DNA of 64,000 nucleotides from Setoptus koraiensis (Eukaryota; Animalia; Arthropoda): NCBI GenBank assembly GCA_048013815.1, contig CM106586.1, positions 8,494,001 to 8,558,000 of the forward strand, read 5' to 3'. Shown piece by piece: positions 58,195 to 64,000 of this stretch (position 1 is its first letter; each line of letters starts with the position of its first letter). The notes under the pieces were generated by a model. It saw only the letters and a program-made list of their open reading frames with translations, ran no database searches and was not told where the DNA came from. The position numbers and the translations under genes were made by a program.

Positions 58195-60417
58195 ATCCAT
58201 TGGTGAAACTACCAATATCCAATCGATAGGAGTTACCTAGGTCGGACACTCAGAATACGCCCATCATAGTCTCTCTGAATTCTGCAGTGTACCCAGAACA
58301 AGAATACGCTAGTCTCGTTCCCAACTTCGGCCAAAAAAATTCTAAATTTTTCTTGGGATTTTCTGAAATTAGACCCACTATTTGGATCCACAATAGTCCC
58401 TCAAGCATCTACGGATGATGCTTGGGGTGGAAAATAAATTTCAGTAAATATCAGGACTAATAATGAAAATTTTGGTTGATTGGTTGGTTGGTTGGTAATT
58501 CCTAGCGTAATTAATACAGCGAGCGTATTCGTAAAGTAGTAAATGGGCGTATTTCAACAAATTTGTGGATTTTTCGGTATCAAATAATTGTCAAAATTTA
58601 CACTTTATTTCAACTCAAATCACCTAATACTATATTCTTGCGACGAATAGAAGCAAAACAATAGAGTTCTGAAAAATATTACGATTATTCCAAAAACTAG
58701 ACTTTAGTTGAGGTTTTTATATACCTTTTCTTGCTCAGCTTGATCAGGAGAGAAGATTTAGGCTATAGTCAGTTGGAATCTTTTGTACCTGGAAAGGAGG
58801 TTTACCTTGCTAGTTCGTTTTACACCGGAAATGATCAACAGTGCTCACAGTACAAGCTCCAATAATGTTGATTGGTTCCATCGCGTCGAAACCAACTTCC
58901 GACTCACCCGTTATATAAATGGTCATATGCCAACGAAAACGCCAACTCTACTACCACAAACATGTACGAGTCATTCGGTTGTCTGGTAATTGTTCCGAGG
59001 GCCGATTCATTGAGTCGACAAGAACAATAAAATAATAAAGAAGCGCCGAAAGGTCGTTTCCATTTCGAATATCCAGCGAGATGACACTCTCACTAAACAA
59101 TAAAAGCACATCAAATATACGAGCACCAGTCTAAGTATACCGATGTATGAATGCCGTGTCCTTGGTTATCACAATAGTTGAAAAAAAAAACATGTTTTTC
59201 CCCAACCAAGATTCAATTGCTTGTTTGTTTGCTTGACCATGGCTGGACACTCGTCCCGCCGAAATCTTTGCTGACCTGCTATGGCGTAAGCATCAAGAGT
59301 CTGGCAAATTCCTTCATGAGTGCGCTACACAAATGAAAAGAGACGTTGATTTAATTGACCAATCAGCTTGTTGAACCAATGAATATGCGTCGATATTTTC
59401 CGACGTTGGTCTTTCGAGACGCAAACAAAAAACTGCACCATAAACTCTCTTTCGCCCTCCTTGTTTCTGTCTCATCGTTGACTCGCACTTGCCTAAACGG
59501 CGCACTTGTCACAGGAATAACCGTTCAGTAGAAAAGTCAAGATTGCTCATTAAGACCGAACGCTCATAATATGTTCATTAACGGTGCCCCATGACAACAC
59601 TATTGGGGACGATGTTTAACAGTAGTCGATCGCGACACGCGATCTTATCTAATCATACGATCGCAAGGAGTTATAAGCTGATATCATGCAACGAATACAG
59701 CACCAGCGATATGATCCATGATAAAAAGAAATCCACTATGCTGAATCACTATTAGCCTTAGATCGATCAATCGCTAATTGCAACTTTGTATTATTATTAC
59801 TGTTATATGACCCACCATTGAGCCGACTGCTGTTTCTCTCTCCAACGAACTGGCGACACCATTTCTAATTAGTCACATGGTTGTCTGAATGTTTTAAGCT
59901 TGTTGATTGGATGGCTGTGCGCAATATAAGCGCCTATCTGCATCAATCGTGCATGAGATATTTAATCTGGTCAATCATTTAATCTTCGTGATTAAATATT
60001 TGCCTTTTCTAATGAATGCAGATGAGTGAAACATGAGAATGGCGCGCGGTGAATGAGAGTTGCTTTTCGCCATCTTCACACGATTGTAATTGTCAGTCTG
60101 TTTCAGTGGTCAGCCCGGGCGAAATTCATTTTTATCGTCTTGTTTCATCAGTAACAGTGACTCATTGCTATTGTCGGTTATAGTGAATATTCCTCATCAC
60201 TGCTATAACACGAGTTATACATATATATAAAGTTGCAATTTTCATTGTGTGTATCATTATTATCGACACCAGCAGTGAACAACTATTTTTTTAAACAATC
60301 CAGCCTCAGCCAGTATTGTCCGAAATAGTGAAACAATAGCAAAAATCGCATTTCGACAGACATTAATCACCTTTATTATTATTATTAGCCAAACAACCTG
60401 TTGTTCGTTCGCCAATC

Positions 60418-61344
60418 ATGCACTGGGAGGATCTGTTCATTCTGGCCGCGTTCCAGATAACATTTTTCATCATCGGATGGACCCTTTACAGAGACCCTTT
60501 CACAAAGGGACCCATAGAACGCAGGATCAGCAAGAAACTCCGTTCGGTGTTCTCAACTTGTGTATCTATTGCGTGCACAATGCTTGGATTGATCATCTTT
60601 CAAAAGCACGAATTGCTCAGCTCGGACTCCAGAGAAGTAGTTTGGTCATTCAACAAACACTGGTTGCTATTCATGCTCACTATCACAATACCTTTCGCTA
60701 TTGGTTATTGCTTCTATTATTTTTCTTTGCTTCGTAAATTTGACAAGAGAGTTGCCGTCAAGGCGGTAACCGGGTTGATCTTTGTCCTGATGTCGATATC
60801 GTTAATTCTCCATTCAGCGGACACTTTTCCCTTTGGCGGTCACAAGTATGGAATTTTTCTACTTGAACACGAAATAGGCCGCGTATGGACTATTACCGTC
60901 TTCCAGTTTATAGCAATACTGTCGGGAATGCTTGGAATTGAAACGTCGACCCGTGACATTCTATGGCTAGTGGTTGAGAAATTGACCAAGGAGGAAGAAG
61001 CAGAAAAATCGAAAAAAAAAGAGCAACTTGAGAATGATGGAAGCTCAATTTCCAAACCTCAGCAGGAAGAGGATCGTCCTGCCACTGATGAATCAAGCTC
61101 AAGCGAACCGAAACCAGAAGAGGAAGAAACTCCTAGTGCTCCACTCAGTGTGAACGATCAAATTGCCAAATATCTTGCGGACGACTTTGCACTGTACCCC
61201 AAGATTCCGCTCGTCGTTATTGACAAAAAGGAAATTTCGTACAGATTGCCAGTGTATTATATCAACGCCGAGCCTCCTCGCAACAGCTCAGATGAAGAAT
61301 CTGAAAAAAGATGTGATCTGCAAGAGGTCGCGACCAGCACCTAG
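60418..61344 (+). CDS. Chimeric ORF: diverged N-terminal 5-TM half of Golgi pH regulator (GPR89/GPHR) fused to a partial array repeat
   Basis: aa 1-~187 align by eye with GPR89 (FQITFFIIGW, CTMLGLIIF, SSDSREVVW, IPFAIGY, DTFP, IGRVWTI...AILSG). aa ~188-290 align with the D4/D5 junction of the array genes (SVNDQIAKYL...KKEISYRLPVYYINAEPPR vs SVKDQLVKFF...KKEIFNRLPRYYINAQLPR). Confidence 0.75.
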   Translation: MHWEDLFILAAFQITFFIIGWTLYRDPFTKGPIERRISKKLRSVFSTCVSIACTMLGLIIFQKHELLSSDSREVVWSFNKHWLLFMLTITIPFAIGYCFYYFSLLRKFDKRVAVKAVTGLIFVLMSISLILHSADTFPFGGHKYGIFLLEHEIGRVWTITVFQFIAILSGMLGIETSTRDILWLVVEKLTKEEEAEKSKKKEQLENDGSSISKPQQEEDRPATDESSSSEPKPEEEETPSAPLSVNDQIAKYLADDFALYPKIPLVVIDKKEISYRLPVYYINAEPPRNSSDEESEKRCDLQEVATST

Positions 61345-61945
61345 CAAGTTGAAAAATAGCTTACCGATTGGGTATTCTGGTTGTGATGATAGATGCGACA
61401 TGTGCCCACGTAGATATTCCTCATTATTATGAAGCAATATCAATTGCCCAGTTCGATTCGCAGCCGAAATAATCAACAGCAATAATCATTCGCCTGGTAA
61501 TGGTTTGAGAGTCGATCCATTGAGTTGACCAGAGCGATCTGTCCACTATCAACATACAAACAATTAAAGCAAATGAGATATGCGAGCACCATCCAGGCTT
61601 GCAGTGGTCGGTGGAATCTATCAATAAATGACTGCTTGTCATTGGTAAATGGCAAGTTTGAAAAACAATCTCTCTCTCTCCCCATCGAAGATATTTTATT
61701 TCGATCGTTCGCTTGTGACTGTGACTGGAAACTATTCCCTCGAAATCCGCTGTTGTGTTCAATTGAGATCATAAATTCATTCTTAAATGTATTGCACGAA
61801 TGGAAAAAGATACCTGTTACAACACCGAAACTTCAATCGGGTGTTTTGTCGAATAGCCGTCAATGTCAATTAGTCGTCAATGTTCGCTGTCTCGACGAAT
61901 CCATGACCTATTACATCAATGCCAACTCTACTACCTCAAACATGT
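61345..61945 (+). pseudogene. Out-of-frame, decayed array-gene fragments
   Basis: LKNSLPIGYSGCDDRCDMC resembles the array C-terminus LQKCREIGYPPCKKGCITC. GACGAATCCATGACCTATTACATCAATGC (ESMTYYINA) at ~61894-61922 and CDCDWK resemble repeat D3. Confidence 0.6.
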
Positions 61946-62566
61946 ACGAGTCATCCAGTTGTCTGGTAATTGTTTGAGGGCCGACTCATTGAGTTGACCA
62001 GAACAATTTGCATCTGTCGAGAAATTCTTTCGACCACGATGTGGATGGCAGATTTGTTGTATAATAAAGAAGCGCCGAAAGGTCGTTTCCATTTCAATCA
62101 GTCAACGAGATAACACACTCAATGAAGTGAGCGACAAAAACAAGTTCCGATTTCTCAAATTGCGGAGCGCATGTGTATTTTCTGGAAATTTTCAGACTAT
62201 TCTATTGACAATTATAACTTATAATATCGTCTCTATAGTCTATAATTCTATAGTTTCGTATCATCTGAATTCTAGATTGCTTGAGCTACATTTGGTGCTT
62301 TATGCTGCCGCTTTTGTGCATGAATGACTCCATCTTTGCTCCCCGAAGTTTGATCGGATGACGATGTAAACCTTATTTATGCCTTTCCAAGTTGAAAATT
62401 CCAACAAACTGTAGCCCAAATCGGGTGAGCAAGAAAAGGTACCCCAGCAGCTCAACTGAGGTCCAATTTGCTCACTTGCAACCTGTAATTTATCACCGCT
62501 TCTGGCGTCACTCCTGACTGTGACCCAACTTGTCGACATATTACGAACACGTAACCTGACTGATCA

Positions 62567-64000
62567 TCATCTTCTGAGTATTCTGGCTGTTGGAGTGGGC
62601 AATCTTTTGTTGTTCTCGTGGTGCACAATCACTGTTTTTATCCAGGGCAGGTAAGCCGTTGATCTGATGTAGATGCCGGGCAAATTTGGTTCGGCGCATT
62701 TTATTCCGTGCGACACTATACCAACCAGCACCCATTTTCCTTCGGATCGTTGCACTTGAAGGGGACCGCCCGAGTCGCCCTCGCAAGAGTCTTGGCCCCC
62801 GTTTGCGTAGCCCGCACAAAGGAACGAGTCTGAGATTATTTTGAGATGGCCCGAATCGTGATACATGTCTTGGCATTGTTTGTTGCCAATGACGGGCAGC
62901 CGAGCCACTTGCAGCACACTGGGCACCGGACCGCCGAAGCTCAGTTTGCCCCAGCCGGCCACCTGAGCCAATTGGCCGACAAACTCCTCGTCTGTCGCAC
63001 AACGATGCAATGATTGGACAAATGGATAGCAGGAAATAATGAGCAACAATAAAAATAGAGATAATTAATTGGTTAATCAACACACGGAATACGTCGGAAT
63101 ACGTCGGAATACGTAAATTGACTAGCGGTCGAAATTCTCAAAAAGTTTCAAAATTTTCAAAGTTGACCAACCTTTTTCGGGCAAACAAATGGGCACCACG
63201 TGGGGCTGCAAGATGAAGGGCGATTCCAGCTCTAGCAAGGCTATGTCGTTGTCGAAATTGTTCGGATTGTAATCGCGGTGCACAATCATCCGTTTGACCT
63301 TCTTGATCACGGGCCTCAGTCTGTTTGTTCGGCCGGCCAGGTCATATTCGCCGACCACCACCACCAGCGATCCAAACAATCCTGGCTGACAGTGGGCAGC
63401 TGATGTGGCCGAAATCGCAATTATTGAAAGATCAACAAAGGTGAATTAATTGATTGCTAATTACGATCAAGATCTAATTACGATTATGATGATCTAACTC
63501 TCCAGCGGAGAGTCGCTACCAACCTGTTAGCACCCATTTCAAGTCTATGAGAACGCCGCCGCATTTTGTCTTGGCGAATATGCCCAGCAGAGTTGTCTCT
63601 CTGATGAGCACGCTCCAGGGGAATTCGCCCAGTTGCGAGTCGCGACCCCCGACCACCCGGCCCTCCTTCTTCATGGGCCTCACTCCGCAGTCTTCGCGTC
63701 AAGATTGGATGGCATGTAGATTCGTGCATGGATCGACGCAGAAAAAAATCATTCATTAGAAGATTTGTGAGGATATCATTGGTGTCATAATTGGTGTTTC
63801 GTGCGATCGCTGCGGCTTACCTCGTTTCGCGTCATAGGGGCGCCTGGTCGTGTGATGCACTGCGGCCAACTGATCCAGCTTAGACAGATCGTTGGCATAG
63901 GAATCCTTCGATGCGTAATTATTTGGCGACAGGTAGGAATTTGGCTGTTTTGTCGTGGTTGTCGTGTGTCGCCGGAAATAGGAGCTGGTGCCCTTCTCTC
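62567..64000 (-). CDS. Trypsin-like serine protease of the filzig/Stubble group (3' part); exons 63821->64000, 63524-63691, 63172-63399, 62567-62991
   Basis: Spliced product ...RRPYDAKRDCGVRP...RVVGG...FPWSVLIRETTLLGIFAKTKCGGVLI...TAAHCQPG...DNDIALLEL...CAGYANGGQDSCEGDSGGP, with an intact H/D/S triad. The WxVLxRE...KCGGVLI...AAHCQPG pattern recalls Drosophila filzig (from memory). The gene continues beyond the window. Confidence 0.92.

Noticed and set aside
63491-63506. GATCTAACTCTCCAGC resembling miR-750
   Set aside because: The seed differs, there is no complementary arm, and it lies antisense in a short intron.

Overview
Eukaryotic (arthropod) genomic DNA with few introns; a mite, possibly an eriophyoid, is my inference and is not verified. 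The left ~19 kb is visibly GC-rich. It holds a ~2,200-aa secreted, low-complexity protein, a gustatory-receptor-like 7TM gene with a very long loop, and many short tandem repeats. A compact AT-richer housekeeping block follows: RPA2, EMC7, tRNA-Asp(GUC) and Abl kinase, whose C-terminal half lies in a second reading frame. After a gene-poor stretch come EDF1/MBF1, a 3-exon NRF-6-like acyltransferase and a 4-exon single-pass membrane protein with a 6-Cys module. The most unusual part is ~44-62 kb, a tandem array undergoing gene birth and death. It has three intact, intronless, signal-peptide genes built from 4-5 repeats that resemble stefin/cystatin domains but lack QxVxG and carry a hypervariable Cys-containing loop. 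It also has decayed copies, a chimeric ORF fusing the N-terminal half of GPR89/GPHR to one of these repeats, a deleted Mutator element with a 9-bp TSD (empty site visible in the paralogue), a solo Mutator end and a MITE-like element. The window ends inside a filzig/Stubble-type trypsin-like serine protease gene. All identifications are by eye and from memory of the families; no searches were run.
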